Part shown: in pieces, positions 18,210-29,315 of the stretch | Layout: each line of letters begins with the position of its first letter | How positions within the stretch are numbered: the first letter of the stretch is position 1 | Program-made: the position numbers and the translations under genes | DNA from: Patescibacteria group bacterium | GTDB taxonomy: Bacteria > Patescibacteriota > Patescibacteriia > Patescibacteriales > CAYMCJ01 | Reading direction: 5' to 3' | DNA: 48,506 bases | Assembly: GCA_043815345.1 (NCBI GenBank) | Contig: JBDRJA010000131.1 | Span: 1 to 48,506, forward strand | The notes under the pieces: generated by a model | What the model was told of the DNA's origin: nothing | Database searches by the model: none | The model's input: only the letters and a program-made list of their open reading frames with translations

Positions 18210-19328
18210 CTATTTAATAATAAATTCTAAAATATTTTCAGCCCTCTTTGTCCAGGTATATTTTTTAACATCTACGTAGGCTTGTTTGGCAATCCTAGCA
18301 CCTAATTCTCTATTATGCAAAACTTTCTTTATTCCAATAGCTAGACTTTCAGGATTATCTGGCTCTACTAAAATCGCATTGTTTTCACCTAGAACCTCTC
18401 TAATAGAGGGTAAATCAGAAGCTACGATTGGGCGCTGACTACTCATATAACTAAATAATTTTAAAGGCGAAGTATAAAATTTAGAAATTTTTGTCTTTCC
18501 GCTATTTGGTAAAATTAGAACATCAGCTGCTTGTTGATTTATGGGTAACGTTTTATAAGGTAAATAGCCTAGAAAAATAACATCTGGGTACTCTTTTTTG
18601 AGTTTTTCTATTTGCTCTTTCTCTCCTCCGATCATTACTAATTGAGCTTCTTTTTTATTAAAATATTCTACGGCTTGTAGGAGCGTTAAATAGCCTTTCC
18701 ATTTATCAAAAAGGCCCGCATACATAAAAATCTTTGTATCTTCAGATAAATTTAATTTTCGTCTAGCTTCTTTTTTAGAAATATCTATATTAAATTTTTC
18801 TAAATCAACTCCGTCAGGCGCAACTAAAATTCTATTCTCGGGTAAATTATATTTTAGAAATACATTCTTAAGTCCCTTGGTAATTACGATTATTTTATTT
18901 ATATCTTTAATTAAAAATTTATAAAGCCAGCGCTTGCTCTCGGGCCAGCTATGCGCTTCAAATATAGTTTTATAACCTCTAATCTTAAACAGCCAAGCAA
19001 TTTCTGCGTCTCTGGTATAAATTATATTATCTTTTTTTATATTAATAAATAATAATTTTATCAAAAATAATAAAAGATGCAACCAATATCCTGCTCTACC
19101 TAAATATTTATTAAATTTTAAAAAATCAAAAATTTTTATTTTCTTTATTTGAAAATTATTTTTTATCCCATAGTAATTAAAAATACTTTCTGTAATATTA
19201 TTATTTCTGTCCGGAAACCACAATTCAACATTCAGGCTGTTAGCAAATTCTTCACACATTTTAGCAATCTGATAACCATGGGGTTTTTCTGTTGGTATTC
19301 GAGCATTGGAAATATATATTAATTTCAT
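18210..19328 (-). CDS. GT4-family (GT-B fold) glycosyltransferase
   Basis: 372 aa. N-terminal MKLIYISNARIPTEKPHGYQ and a C-terminal EX7E-like region (LKLFSYMSSQRPIVASD). Confidence 0.75.
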   Translation of the reverse strand: MKLIYISNARIPTEKPHGYQIAKMCEEFANSLNVELWFPDRNNNITESIFNYYGIKNNFQIKKIKIFDFLKFNKYLGRAGYWLHLLLFLIKLLFINIKKDNIIYTRDAEIAWLFKIRGYKTIFEAHSWPESKRWLYKFLIKDINKIIVITKGLKNVFLKYNLPENRILVAPDGVDLEKFNIDISKKEARRKLNLSEDTKIFMYAGLFDKWKGYLTLLQAVEYFNKKEAQLVMIGGEKEQIEKLKKEYPDVIFLGYLPYKTLPINQQAADVLILPNSGKTKISKFYTSPLKLFSYMSSQRPIVASDLPSIREVLGENNAILVEPDNPESLAIGIKKVLHNRELGARIAKQAYVDVKKYTWTKRAENILEFIIK

Positions 19329-19333
19329 GATAA

Positions 19334-19978
19334 TTATTTTGTTAAAAAAATATTATAACCACTTACTTGATTACTTTTTATCTTGCCGGTTAGTCTATCA
19401 AAAAAATAAGCTATTTTTAAAACTAATTTAAATCTTCCTAAAGGACTTATTTTTAACCAAGTTTCAATCGCTCCCCTCACTGCTCTTACTTCAATTTTAG
19501 AAAAATCTTTAAATAACAAATTAATAGTGTCTTTAGTAAAGCGCCAATAATCCTTATAATAACCTTTTTGAGCATGATAATAATACAAGAAAGGTATGTA
19601 GACAAAGCAATATCCGCCCGGTTTTAAAACTCTATATATTTCATAGCAAGCTTTAGTTGGATTCTCGACATGCTCTAAAACAGCAATGCAAATAATAGCA
19701 TCTTGTGAGTTATCAGTAAATGGCAAGTTATGGATATCGCCGATAATATCTGGGTTGTAGTCATTGACAGGATCCAGAATTTTATAATTCACTTTTTCAA
19801 GCAAAGGCAGAATCCACTCGCTCTTCTCGTTGTGCCTATTGCCTTTTTCTTTTGAAACTCTTAAGCCTCCTCCAATATCAATAATACTCTTTTTTTCATT
19901 AAAGATTTTTTTAATTTTTTCTTGGCTAAATTTATCCCAAGGTGTCATATAACAAATTTTCCTTAAACTAGCTTCCAA
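19334..19978 (-). CDS. Class I SAM-dependent methyltransferase
   Basis: IIDIGGG motif I and AVLEHVENP...VLKPGGYCFVYIP. The start is TTG 19978 or ATG 19948. Confidence 0.75.
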   Translation of the reverse strand: MEASLRKICYMTPWDKFSQEKIKKIFNEKKSIIDIGGGLRVSKEKGNRHNEKSEWILPLLEKVNYKILDPVNDYNPDIIGDIHNLPFTDNSQDAIICIAVLEHVENPTKACYEIYRVLKPGGYCFVYIPFLYYYHAQKGYYKDYWRFTKDTINLLFKDFSKIEVRAVRGAIETWLKISPLGRFKLVLKIAYFFDRLTGKIKSNQVSGYNIFLTK

Positions 19979-19999
19979 TTTAATAAAAAATAAATAATG

Positions 20000-22204
20000 T
20001 TAAATCTTCTCAACTACTAATTCATCTTTAGATAGCCTTATAATTATAATTCTTTTAAATCCCCTCTTTTCCGCAAGTAATTTAATTTCCTCGACCGTTA
20101 AATCGTTTGCTGTATAAACCGCCTCCTGATCATATCCTCCATATCCATACCATTCAATCGGTGCTCCTCCAGGAAGTTCTTGGGGAAAGCCGCCGATCAT
20201 GGCTACGCCGCTTAAAGCCGGGACAAGCAAAGGTATTTTTAAATACATTTTACTGTCATCTTTCTTGCTATAAGGCGTTTCCCAACTTCCCCAAAACAGA
20301 TTGTTGCTCTTAGGAATATAAATACAGGTCTCCTTCTTTTCAGCTATCGGCAAACGCTCGATTTCTTTAAAAATTTTTAATAATTGATATCTCTTGTTTT
20401 TTTCTAAAACATCTTGGTACGGCTGATTATATAAACTTAAAATAAAACTAACCCCCTCTTTTCCAAGAAAAGGCTTCGTTAATGTTTCCGCAATAATTAA
20501 ATTATTCTCATTTGAATCCAAGACGGCGCCTCTAGAAGCAATATTCCTTCCCATAAAAAGCTTAGCTTGCCTGAGATAATTATGAAGAAAATTATAAGTA
20601 AAGATTGATCCAAAAAATAAAACAGACACGAATATATAAATATTTAATTTTCCTCTCAGGAAAATAAAAAAATCCCTTTTATTATCAAAAAAAACCGGCA
20701 AATAAACTAATACGAAGCCAAAACAAATCCAACGTTGGAAATCAAGAAAATATATAGCGTTTCCCCCTGGTATATTAAAAATAATTCCAGGCAAAAATCC
20801 CAATAAACATAAAAGTAATAAAATTTCTAATTCCCATGCCCTTCCTTTTGTAAAAAAAGTTTTTAAGTCATCGCTAATTTTATGGCGATAAAAAAATAAT
20901 AAAATAAAAATTAATAACCAAATACTGTAAAACAAGAAAAAAATTCCATACCATTCATGTTCAACTCCCTTTAAAAATGCGCAGAACTCAATATTTCCTC
21001 CGTCTCCTCTAAGCGTGATTTTGGCTATAATAATAGAAATTAAGACATAAATAATTGTACTTAACCAAAGTTTAGTGTCTCGGTACCACTTCATCCTCAA
21101 GAATAAAAAACCATACAAAGCGCTTAGGAAAAAAAGAGCAGAATTCTTCAATAAACCTATAACAGCAAATAAAAATGGCAGGAAAAGAAAAATAAATAAA
21201 TAATCACTTTTGGAATAATTAACATCTATCCCTTGCTTTATCTTTTTTATAAATGCGAGAGTGGTACCAAATAATAAAAACACAAAACTCATTCCTAATA
21301 AGTGCGACTCGCTGGAGAAGGGCGGAAGTAAAGGCACACTAATTTCTTTCCATCCAATGGGGACAATTCCTACATAGGCAGTGAATAAAACAATATAAAA
21401 AACCAAATCAAACTGTAATAAAAATTTTTTATATTTTCTAGCTTCTACTACAAATAATAATATGCTTTTAAAATAAAAAGGGATAAATATGACCGGAAAG
21501 CCCAAATTATAAAACACCACTGAATTCACTTTGGCGAGGGCTGAAAAAAATGCAAAAACCAGGTGACTGCCCCAATGATATGGCAGATAGGACAAGCCAT
21601 CAGCTCCGATACTGGGAATATTATAGGTCTTAATTAAATTACTAATGGCCGAGTGGTATAAAGTGTCAATATGGGCGCTGCCTAAAATAATCTTTTCTAA
21701 AAATAAGGGACTAAGGACTTTCGTTCCCCAGACTGCAGCAACGACAAAAAGAGAAAAGAATATAAAAAGAACTATATAAAATATATCAACTTTTTTAAAA
21801 GAATATAAAAAATAATCTAATAAAAATAAAATCAATAATATAAAACCAAAAGGGATAAGACAGTTAACAAACAGGTTAATATTAATAACCGTTGAAATAA
21901 AGCCAGCCAAGACAAGTAAAAAAGCGGTAAAAATAGAGAGGGCAGAAGCCGAATTAAACCAATGGTTTTTCATTCTGATTTTGCTTCTGATAAGATAAGG
22001 CAATATCAGCAATATATAACTTATTGACAAAACCCGTAAAATAATGAAGGGGGAATTATCACTAAGACCATAGCGGGAAAGCCAATACGCCAACCCGAGA
22101 ATTGAAGAAATAATGACAACAAAAATGGTTATCTGGCTCTCGACCCGGCTATTTACCTTTTCTGAATTTTTTAAATAATATAAAATTTTATTTAATTTTT
22201 CCAT
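20000..22204 (-). CDS. Very large polytopic membrane protein (more than 14 TM plus ~190-aa C-terminal soluble domain), unknown function, possibly GT-C/YfhO- or polymerase-like
   Basis: 734-aa ORF, hydrophobic until about aa 540 and hydrophilic after that. No diagnostic motif recognised. Confidence 0.55.
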   Translation of the reverse strand: MEKLNKILYYLKNSEKVNSRVESQITIFVVIISSILGLAYWLSRYGLSDNSPFIILRVLSISYILLILPYLIRSKIRMKNHWFNSASALSIFTAFLLVLAGFISTVININLFVNCLIPFGFILLILFLLDYFLYSFKKVDIFYIVLFIFFSLFVVAAVWGTKVLSPLFLEKIILGSAHIDTLYHSAISNLIKTYNIPSIGADGLSYLPYHWGSHLVFAFFSALAKVNSVVFYNLGFPVIFIPFYFKSILLFVVEARKYKKFLLQFDLVFYIVLFTAYVGIVPIGWKEISVPLLPPFSSESHLLGMSFVFLLFGTTLAFIKKIKQGIDVNYSKSDYLFIFLFLPFLFAVIGLLKNSALFFLSALYGFLFLRMKWYRDTKLWLSTIIYVLISIIIAKITLRGDGGNIEFCAFLKGVEHEWYGIFFLFYSIWLLIFILLFFYRHKISDDLKTFFTKGRAWELEILLLLCLLGFLPGIIFNIPGGNAIYFLDFQRWICFGFVLVYLPVFFDNKRDFFIFLRGKLNIYIFVSVLFFGSIFTYNFLHNYLRQAKLFMGRNIASRGAVLDSNENNLIIAETLTKPFLGKEGVSFILSLYNQPYQDVLEKNKRYQLLKIFKEIERLPIAEKKETCIYIPKSNNLFWGSWETPYSKKDDSKMYLKIPLLVPALSGVAMIGGFPQELPGGAPIEWYGYGGYDQEAVYTANDLTVEEIKLLAEKRGFKRIIIIRLSKDELVVEKI

Positions 22205-22949
22205 TATTTTTAAACTCTTTTATCCTGTAAATAATTAAATTCTTAATAAATTCCAGAACGGCGGGAAATTTCACAAAGGATTTTCTCTTGTCACTTAGCT
22301 CATGAAAACAAGTGGGAATTTCCCCTATTTTAAAATTTAAACGCCTGGCTTGAATCATTATTTCTGCGTCTATAAACCAATCGTCGGATTCTAGATTTAA
22401 TTTTTTATAAATTTCTCTGGCCATAATCTTGGGCTTAGAATTAATATCCCTTGAACGTAGGCCAGGAAATAAAATATTAAAAACTAAATTATAAGTCATA
22501 TTTAAAAATTTTCGCCATTGGCTATCGCCTCTTTCCGCGCGATAAGTCTTAACTAAATCTAATTTTTCAGCTTTTATTTTTCTATACACCTTTACCAAAT
22601 CTTCAATTAGCATTTGCCCATCTCCGTCAATCACAACAATGTATTTACCTCTAGCTTGACTTAACCCGCTCCTCATATCCCAGCCCATCATACCCTGCTT
22701 TACCTTGGCTACATATAAAATTTTTGGATTTTGGCTGGCTAACTCAGCCACGACTTTGGGCGTTTTATCAGCTGAGCCCTGGTGATAATTGCCCACTAAA
22801 ACTAATTCATAATTGAATATTTTGTTAACCTCTAAAACATTTGTCGTTTTCTTGACAAATTGTCTAATCGAGTCACCCTCCTTGTAACACAAAATTACTA
22901 CGGAAATATCTGGAAAATAATAAGAATCTAATTCTTTATAATTTTGCAT
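22188..22949 (-). CDS. GT2-family glycosyltransferase
   Basis: ISVVILCYKEGDS and VVIDGDGQM (DxD-like). GT-A fold size, no TM helices. Confidence 0.7.
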   Translation of the reverse strand: MQNYKELDSYYFPDISVVILCYKEGDSIRQFVKKTTNVLEVNKIFNYELVLVGNYHQGSADKTPKVVAELASQNPKILYVAKVKQGMMGWDMRSGLSQARGKYIVVIDGDGQMLIEDLVKVYRKIKAEKLDLVKTYRAERGDSQWRKFLNMTYNLVFNILFPGLRSRDINSKPKIMAREIYKKLNLESDDWFIDAEIMIQARRLNFKIGEIPTCFHELSDKRKSFVKFPAVLEFIKNLIIYRIKEFKNNGKIK

Positions 22950-22953
22950 AGCT

Positions 22954-23496
22954 TTATTTATTTATTGGAACATATTTGGTGATTTGAGACATTTTTAAAA
23001 AAATATATTTCCTTCTATTAGGATAATAATATTTCTCAATAAGCTGGTTTATTTGTTTATATTTAGAAACATGATCATCGTGAGCGCTTGGTAGTCCGCT
23101 CAAGCGCTTAGCTATCTTAGAAACAAAGTTTTCAGTGGGCAAAGAAACTAAAAGTTCGGCTGTTGAATTCATTTTTACAAATTCTTTTAGCAAACTATCA
23201 ATTTCATCCAAATACAAATGTTCCAAGACATTAGATAATACAATCTTCTGCGGTTTTAAATTTCTATAATCGTTAATATCAGATAATTCTGGAATGATAT
23301 CATAACCCACTACATTGGGCCTATTTAATTTTATTTTTAAATGACCAAAGCCGCAACCATAATCTAAAATAAGGCCTGATTCATTTTTTAGTTTGCCAAA
23401 ATCAATAATGATTTGCAGAATTGTATTAAAATAAATTTTAGCAAACCCTTTATAATAATCTTCCCTATAATCAATGGTATTAGTATTGCGGCCCAT
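22954..23496 (-). CDS. Class I SAM-dependent methyltransferase (small)
   Basis: ILDYGCGFGHL motif I and LSNVLEHL. Confidence 0.7.
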   Translation of the reverse strand: MGRNTNTIDYREDYYKGFAKIYFNTILQIIIDFGKLKNESGLILDYGCGFGHLKIKLNRPNVVGYDIIPELSDINDYRNLKPQKIVLSNVLEHLYLDEIDSLLKEFVKMNSTAELLVSLPTENFVSKIAKRLSGLPSAHDDHVSKYKQINQLIEKYYYPNRRKYIFLKMSQITKYVPINK

Positions 23497-23666
23497 AATT
23501 ATTTTCTAAAGCTTAATAAATTTTTTACTCAAGGCTCAAAAGTAGCCCTAATTGCTGCAATTGTAACATAATATTATGAATAATAACAGGACTAGCTAAT
23601 CTTTACAAACATATATAACTGGTCAATTAATTTTTGAATAAAAAATATTTGGCGCCATTATAATAA

Positions 23667-24290
23667 TTACTTTTTTTCTAAAATAAAAAAATGATGATAA
23701 GGCGAATGAAAAGCAATATAATCTTTCTTGATATCAAAGCCTGCATTAAAAATAATCTTTTTTATTTTTTTAAGAGAATAACCTTTTTTTCCTATCTCCC
23801 AATAATGTTGGCCATTAAACTTATGCTTTATAGGCAATAAATTAAACTTAAATTGACATTTTATTCTCTTGATAAAGGGCATTTTAATATCTAAAGAAAA
23901 ATGTCTTCCCCAATGAGGCAGGCTGATAATTACATACCTTTTAGAAACTCGGCGTAATTCTCTTAAAGATTTATCAAATTTATCAAAAGGTAAATGCTCC
24001 AGTACTTCAAAAGCGCACACCATTTCATATGCTCCGTCTTCTGACTTAATACTATCAACACTGCAAACAATATCCGGATTCAAATCGGCGGCAATATCAG
24101 CGCTCTGATAATCTATATTAGTATTGTGCCGTATATAATTAGCAATAACTTTATCCCCTACCCCTATTTCTAAAATATTTTTAGGATTACGCTCTAGTAT
24201 TTCTTTCAATTGGTGCCAATAACTATGCCAACGCTCTAGATAACAATAATTTTCAAAATTATATGTATTTTTATTTACTTGTTTCTCCAT
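23667..24290 (-). CDS. Class I SAM-dependent methyltransferase
   Basis: ILEIGVGD motif I and AFEVLEHLPFDKF. Confidence 0.75.
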   Translation of the reverse strand: MEKQVNKNTYNFENYCYLERWHSYWHQLKEILERNPKNILEIGVGDKVIANYIRHNTNIDYQSADIAADLNPDIVCSVDSIKSEDGAYEMVCAFEVLEHLPFDKFDKSLRELRRVSKRYVIISLPHWGRHFSLDIKMPFIKRIKCQFKFNLLPIKHKFNGQHYWEIGKKGYSLKKIKKIIFNAGFDIKKDYIAFHSPYHHFFILEKK

Positions 24291-24302
24291 ATTTAAAATT
24301 AA

Positions 24303-25328
24303 CTAGCATATATCGCATTTTTGACACAAAGGAAACTTTCTTTCTCGCGCCATTTTTCTTCTCTTTTTTACATCCTCGCTAAACCATATATCCTTGAAAG
24401 CTGATTCTAATATATTGCCATATACATATTTTCCCTTCACGTCATAACAGCACATAATCAACTGTCCCTTGTCAAGAATAATAATTTGATTTTTTGCATT
24501 ACCACATTGAAGAGAAAAACTTTTATGCTTTATATTTCCTTTTTCTTTTTTGTATCTTGTTTTGGCGTCTTCATGCGTTGGTAAAAATTTTTCAACCAGT
24601 TCTTTTCTTGTCTCTTCTCGATAATTATATTCTCCTATGGCTAGTGATTTTATTCTGAGCCTGTCTATATTATATTTTTTAACAAAATCTTTTACCTGAG
24701 GAATTTGATTCTGATTTAACTTGGTAACAATATACTGAAGCTCAATATATGGTTTAACGAGTTTTCTGCGTTTCTTTTCTTCGCAAAAATATTTTATATT
24801 TTTAACCACAGTTTCAAATTTAGCCCCTATTCTAAAGGGTTCATAAGCTTCCTTAGTCATTCCATCAAGGCAAAGTAAAATTTCATCTAGGCCAGCGTCT
24901 AATATCTCATCAGTTTTTTTATTATCCAAAAGCATAGCATTAGTACTAATCATAGTATAAAGATTCTTCTTGTCTGCATATTGAATCATTTCAGCTAAGC
25001 CTGGATTTAAGAGTGGCTCATTAGAATAATAAAGCAACACCACATGAACATAATTTTTGACTGCCTCAATAATTTTTTTATATTCTTCAATTTTCATTAT
25101 ATTCGGTGATCTACCGATTAAATCTCTCGGGGTTGGGCAGGTTGGGCATCTTAAATTACAGGTTGTTCCTATTTCAATCATGGCCAATCGCGGACAATCA
25201 AAAAATTTATTTTTCAAAAATATTTTGGTATAATGAAAAAATTTCCCGATCTTGCCGGTAACAACTTGATTATAAACATGCCTCTTAAACAAGTAGTTTA
25301 GTGACTTAAATTTATTTTTTAATTGCAT
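24303..25328 (-). CDS. Radical SAM protein with C-terminal SPASM/twitch-type Cys-rich domain
   Basis: IEIGTTCNLRCPTCP (CxxxCxxC). C-terminal Cys pattern CGNA...MCC...CQKCDIC. Confidence 0.8.
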   Translation of the reverse strand: MQLKNKFKSLNYLFKRHVYNQVVTGKIGKFFHYTKIFLKNKFFDCPRLAMIEIGTTCNLRCPTCPTPRDLIGRSPNIMKIEEYKKIIEAVKNYVHVVLLYYSNEPLLNPGLAEMIQYADKKNLYTMISTNAMLLDNKKTDEILDAGLDEILLCLDGMTKEAYEPFRIGAKFETVVKNIKYFCEEKKRRKLVKPYIELQYIVTKLNQNQIPQVKDFVKKYNIDRLRIKSLAIGEYNYREETRKELVEKFLPTHEDAKTRYKKEKGNIKHKSFSLQCGNAKNQIIILDKGQLIMCCYDVKGKYVYGNILESAFKDIWFSEDVKKRRKMARERKFPLCQKCDIC

Positions 25329-26401
25329 AAAAAAACTATCTTTTTTATTAACTTTTTAAGATTATGATTATTAATTACAATTTTCTGTAATTTTTCAGCT
25401 ACCTCATTCGTCTTGCCTGGCGGCCATTTAATAATTCGTTCTATCTTCGTTGCTAATTCTTTATGATCGCCTTTCTTAAATAATAAATCTTTTTTATAAT
25501 CTTCCAATAATTTATAAGAAGAGTCATTACAGGAAACAACTATCAAGCCACTGGCCATAGCTTCTAAGATAGCTTTATCTAAACTGCCCGTAAGACTCAT
25601 ATGGACAAACAACTCAGCTTGGTTTAAATATTTGTAGATATCTTTATTAGGTACGGAGCCAATAAAATTTATAACCTCCCCCAGTTTTTTTTGTCCAGCC
25701 ATCTCTTTTATTTTATTAAAATATTTTTTTTGTTCAGAAGTACCTGGTCCGCCCACAATGTCCACTTGTAATTTAACACCAGCTTTATTTAATATCTCTA
25801 CTGCCTTAATTAACGTCTCATAATCCTTGCTTGGAGAAATCCTGCCAATAGTTATAATTTTAAATATTATATTATTCTTAATTTCTAATTCATAATTCTT
25901 AAATCTGCCTCCATCAATCCCATGTCCTATTATATTAACCTTATTGCTAGCCAACCTAAAACTTTCGCAAGTGGCAGTAAATATTGTATTTACCATCTTC
26001 TCAGCCAGCCATAGCTGCCAACTTACCGCCTTGTGAGCATACCATAAAGATATTTTCTTATGCCAAAGCTTCCAAAATATTCCGCCCACTAAAACATATT
26101 CTTTATTCATATGGACAAATACCTTGTCATAATTCTTTCTTTCTCCCCAAATATGCTTATAAAAACGCAATGAATAAATAAACCAGCGAAAAATTCTAAA
26201 ACTATGCCCCGGAAATCTATCAAATTCTTCCTTGCCCAAAGACAATACTTTAACATTTTTTGGTAGTTTATATTCACCTTTTTTTAAACAAATTACAATT
26301 ACCTGCTGGCAATGTTTGGAAAATTCCTCAAGCCAACCATGAAAAAAACCTAGAACATCATCATTTATATCTACTTTTTGTGTTAAAATAAGTAATTTCA
26401 T
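25319..26401 (-). CDS. GT4-family (GT-B fold) glycosyltransferase
   Basis: 360 aa, MKLLILTQKVD... C-terminal GSLDKAILEAMASGLIVVS is the EX7E-type motif region. Confidence 0.75.
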   Translation of the reverse strand: MKLLILTQKVDINDDVLGFFHGWLEEFSKHCQQVIVICLKKGEYKLPKNVKVLSLGKEEFDRFPGHSFRIFRWFIYSLRFYKHIWGERKNYDKVFVHMNKEYVLVGGIFWKLWHKKISLWYAHKAVSWQLWLAEKMVNTIFTATCESFRLASNKVNIIGHGIDGGRFKNYELEIKNNIIFKIITIGRISPSKDYETLIKAVEILNKAGVKLQVDIVGGPGTSEQKKYFNKIKEMAGQKKLGEVINFIGSVPNKDIYKYLNQAELFVHMSLTGSLDKAILEAMASGLIVVSCNDSSYKLLEDYKKDLLFKKGDHKELATKIERIIKWPPGKTNEVAEKLQKIVINNHNLKKLIKKIVFLCN

Positions 26402-26411
26402 TTTATTTAAT

Positions 26412-27812
26412 TTAATAATTCTTTAAAAGTAATTTACGCCCTCGACTTTTCAAAATATCATACAAAAAACTAATTGCAAACATTAAAATAAAAATATTAA
26501 CAGGGAAACGATAACGAGCATTAACGCCAAAGCCGACAATAGCCGTAGTAGCAACAAAATAAAACACTAAAATTATAGCTATGGCAGGATATGCGGATAA
26601 CTTCTTTTTAGCCAATATATAAAATAAATTAATAAAAAATAAAAGGCTTACTAAGATCCATAATATACGCAATAAAGCGATAAAAAATACTGAGCTAAAA
26701 ATTAACTCTCTGGCGGTCTCTAATTTTTGCGGCCAAGGCATCCTGATTATTTGTCCGACAGTTAATCCGGTTGGTTCAATTAATCCTGTAAAAGATAACA
26801 GATTAAAAGAGCCGTCATTAGTAAAAAAAGCCAAGGTGCTGATAGAGGCCGACTTCATTAAAGCTATTGGTTTATTCTTTAAAAATTCTATTGCTTTTTC
26901 CTTAAACCAATCAGCATTGCCAAGGTTTACCTCCGGATATTTGGTCAGTTTATGCGAAATAAAAAATTCTTGCTGCGCTTGTAAATAGCTTTTGCCAGTA
27001 TCTATAGCTAAAACCGAGGGCGATAAAACGCCAAAGAGCATTGCTTGCGGAAGAGAAGTTAAGCCGACCCTGCCGAATGCCCGGTAATTTCTATATAGCC
27101 ATGGGCTTAAAACTATCATGAAGCATAGAATAAAAACGATTATTTTCTTTAACATTATATCCTTTTTAGATATAAACCTATAGCCAACCCAAATTAATAT
27201 TAAAAGTATCGGCAAATAATAGGTGGTTGGCCTAAACAAAGTAGCTATACCCAATATTATACCTGCCATAATAAAAATTTTATAATTATTACCTATTACG
27301 TGAGACTTGTTATTCTTAATGATTTTAAATATTAATAAAATAAATAAATAGAAAAATAAAGTAAACCAAATCTCTGATATAAACATTAAGGATAGCCAAA
27401 TTCCCATTGGTTCAAGAGCTAAAATTACGGCTGCGGTAGTCGAAATACGGTTATTTTTTGTTATTTTTAAACATATAATTCTCCCCAGTATTGGCAAAAT
27501 TCCACTGATAATTAACTGCAAAAATAAAATAGGGAGCGCTGAATTAAAAATAGATAAACTAGCAGCAATTAAGATCGGCAGGCCAGGAGTTCTAAGAGAA
27601 GTCGGGGGAGGATTTTCCTTATCAATAATATAAGAATAGACGTTATTGTTAACTAGGTTTGTTGCTATCTGATAATAACCGTCCGGCCTTGTCTGCTCGG
27701 TAAACCCGCTTAAATTTATATTCTGTTGATCGCAAACAAAATAAATTACGGCCATCCTTAAGAGGATAGCAATCAAAAAAATAAAAATTTCAATTTTATA
27801 CTTTTTAAACAT
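26412..27812 (-). CDS. GT-C fold membrane glycosyltransferase (ArnT/PMT_2, GT39/83-like), paralogue B
   Basis: 466 aa and multi-TM. The first-loop motif RPDGYYQIATNLVNNNVY, and PWLYRNY, are shared with the paralogue at 29316-30665. Confidence 0.7.
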   Translation of the reverse strand: MFKKYKIEIFIFLIAILLRMAVIYFVCDQQNINLSGFTEQTRPDGYYQIATNLVNNNVYSYIIDKENPPPTSLRTPGLPILIAASLSIFNSALPILFLQLIISGILPILGRIICLKITKNNRISTTAAVILALEPMGIWLSLMFISEIWFTLFFYLFILLIFKIIKNNKSHVIGNNYKIFIMAGIILGIATLFRPTTYYLPILLILIWVGYRFISKKDIMLKKIIVFILCFMIVLSPWLYRNYRAFGRVGLTSLPQAMLFGVLSPSVLAIDTGKSYLQAQQEFFISHKLTKYPEVNLGNADWFKEKAIEFLKNKPIALMKSASISTLAFFTNDGSFNLLSFTGLIEPTGLTVGQIIRMPWPQKLETARELIFSSVFFIALLRILWILVSLLFFINLFYILAKKKLSAYPAIAIILVFYFVATTAIVGFGVNARYRFPVNIFILMFAISFLYDILKSRGRKLLLKNY

Positions 27813-27816
27813 TACG

Positions 27817-29292
27817 TTATTTTTTTATTTTAATTATTATTTTAACTATCTTTCTAATCAGTTTATTAAAGTAACTTTTATCGCCGCTAAAAAGATAAAT
27901 ATTTCTAAGCCTGGAAAAAAGATAAATGTCTATGGGAAAAGAAAAATTTAAATTTTTTACTCGCCATTTTAATATTCTTTTTATTATTGGAATGTTTCTC
28001 TTATAGGCCAAGGCTAGCAAATGGACTATCTTTCTTGAATATCTAACGGCTAGTTTATAATCCCAATCTATCCACTCCATCTCATAATCATTCCTCCAAC
28101 GATCAAACTTGTCCCATTCTTCAATTTTCTCAGGCTGTTTAAAACCTAATTCTTTAGCTTTTTTATATAAACCAGTGCCAGGATAAGGTAAAAACCAACC
28201 GCAAGTAAATGCTAAATTATTATTTATATCTAATAATTTTACAATAAATTCCATGCTCATCTTATATTCCTCCTTTGTTTCGGTCGGAAAACCAAAAACT
28301 ATTGAGCCAGAAACCATAATTCCCGAATCTTTCAACATTTCAATAGCTTTAATTATTCTCTCTTGATCAAAACCTTTTTTAACTACCTCTTTTAAAATCC
28401 TCTCCGAACCAGACTCAAAACCAAACATTATCTCTTGGCATTTTGTTTTTATAAGATTATCAACAAAATCCTGGTCAACATAATCTATTCTAGCTTCCGC
28501 GAAATAAGGCAAGTTCAGTTTGCTAACAATTTCAAAGGCTCGCTTTTTGTTAACAAAAAAATTATCATCTAAAATACGTAGGGCATCAATTTTATATTTT
28601 TCAATAATGGGCTTTAAATTTTCTACCATTTTTTCCGGCGAATGGCCTCTCCATCTTCTATTATTAAATTCTAAATTGTAACAAAATTGGCAATTAAAAG
28701 GGCACCCTCTTGAAGTCGTAACCGCTAAAGCTCGCTTGTATCGCCCAGAAAAATAAGGTTTTAAATAACTTTCTATGTTTATAAGCGACCAATCAATTAA
28801 ATATTTGTCAATATCTATAAAATCCCTTCGCTTATTAATTATTATGTTTCCTGATTCATCCTTAAGACCTAATCCTAAAATAGTATTATATTTTTCTGGA
28901 CTATCTAAATTATCGACTAACTCAACTAAAGTTTCTTCTCCCTCGCCAATAGCAATAAAATCAATACTTGGTTCAGCTAAAACTTCTCTGGGCAGCAATG
29001 AAGGATGAGCATTCCCCCACATTATTTTATAGTCTTTCTTTTTTAATAATCGGCTCAACTCAACATACTTTTTATTATTATAACCAGTAAAAACTGACAT
29101 GCCGACTAAATCAGGTTTATAAGCTTCTACATCTGAAACTACTTTATTATAATTATTGGCATCCTCGTGTATTATTTTTGCATCAAAGCCATTTTTCTTT
29201 AAAGCAGTGGCCAAATAAAGGCAAGCCAGCGGTGGAATGTCTTTTACTCCGCGAGAATAGAGGGATATTAAAGCTACTTTTTTAGAAATCAT
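27817..29292 (-). CDS. B12-binding-domain radical SAM protein (class B rSAM), paralogue 3
   Basis: SRGCPFNCQFCY and IAIGEGEETLVEL in the B12 domain. Confidence 0.85.
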   Translation of the reverse strand: MISKKVALISLYSRGVKDIPPLACLYLATALKKNGFDAKIIHEDANNYNKVVSDVEAYKPDLVGMSVFTGYNNKKYVELSRLLKKKDYKIMWGNAHPSLLPREVLAEPSIDFIAIGEGEETLVELVDNLDSPEKYNTILGLGLKDESGNIIINKRRDFIDIDKYLIDWSLINIESYLKPYFSGRYKRALAVTTSRGCPFNCQFCYNLEFNNRRWRGHSPEKMVENLKPIIEKYKIDALRILDDNFFVNKKRAFEIVSKLNLPYFAEARIDYVDQDFVDNLIKTKCQEIMFGFESGSERILKEVVKKGFDQERIIKAIEMLKDSGIMVSGSIVFGFPTETKEEYKMSMEFIVKLLDINNNLAFTCGWFLPYPGTGLYKKAKELGFKQPEKIEEWDKFDRWRNDYEMEWIDWDYKLAVRYSRKIVHLLALAYKRNIPIIKRILKWRVKNLNFSFPIDIYLFSRLRNIYLFSGDKSYFNKLIRKIVKIIIKIKK

Positions 29293-29315
29293 AAAATTTT
29301 ATTAATATGCAATCG

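Noticed and set aside
23497-23666. Possible internal promoter in the 170-nt gap (TTGACC...TAAAGA on the minus strand).
   Set aside because: The spacing and -10 match are poor, and AT-rich sequence yields many such pseudo-sites. It cannot be supported without transcript data.
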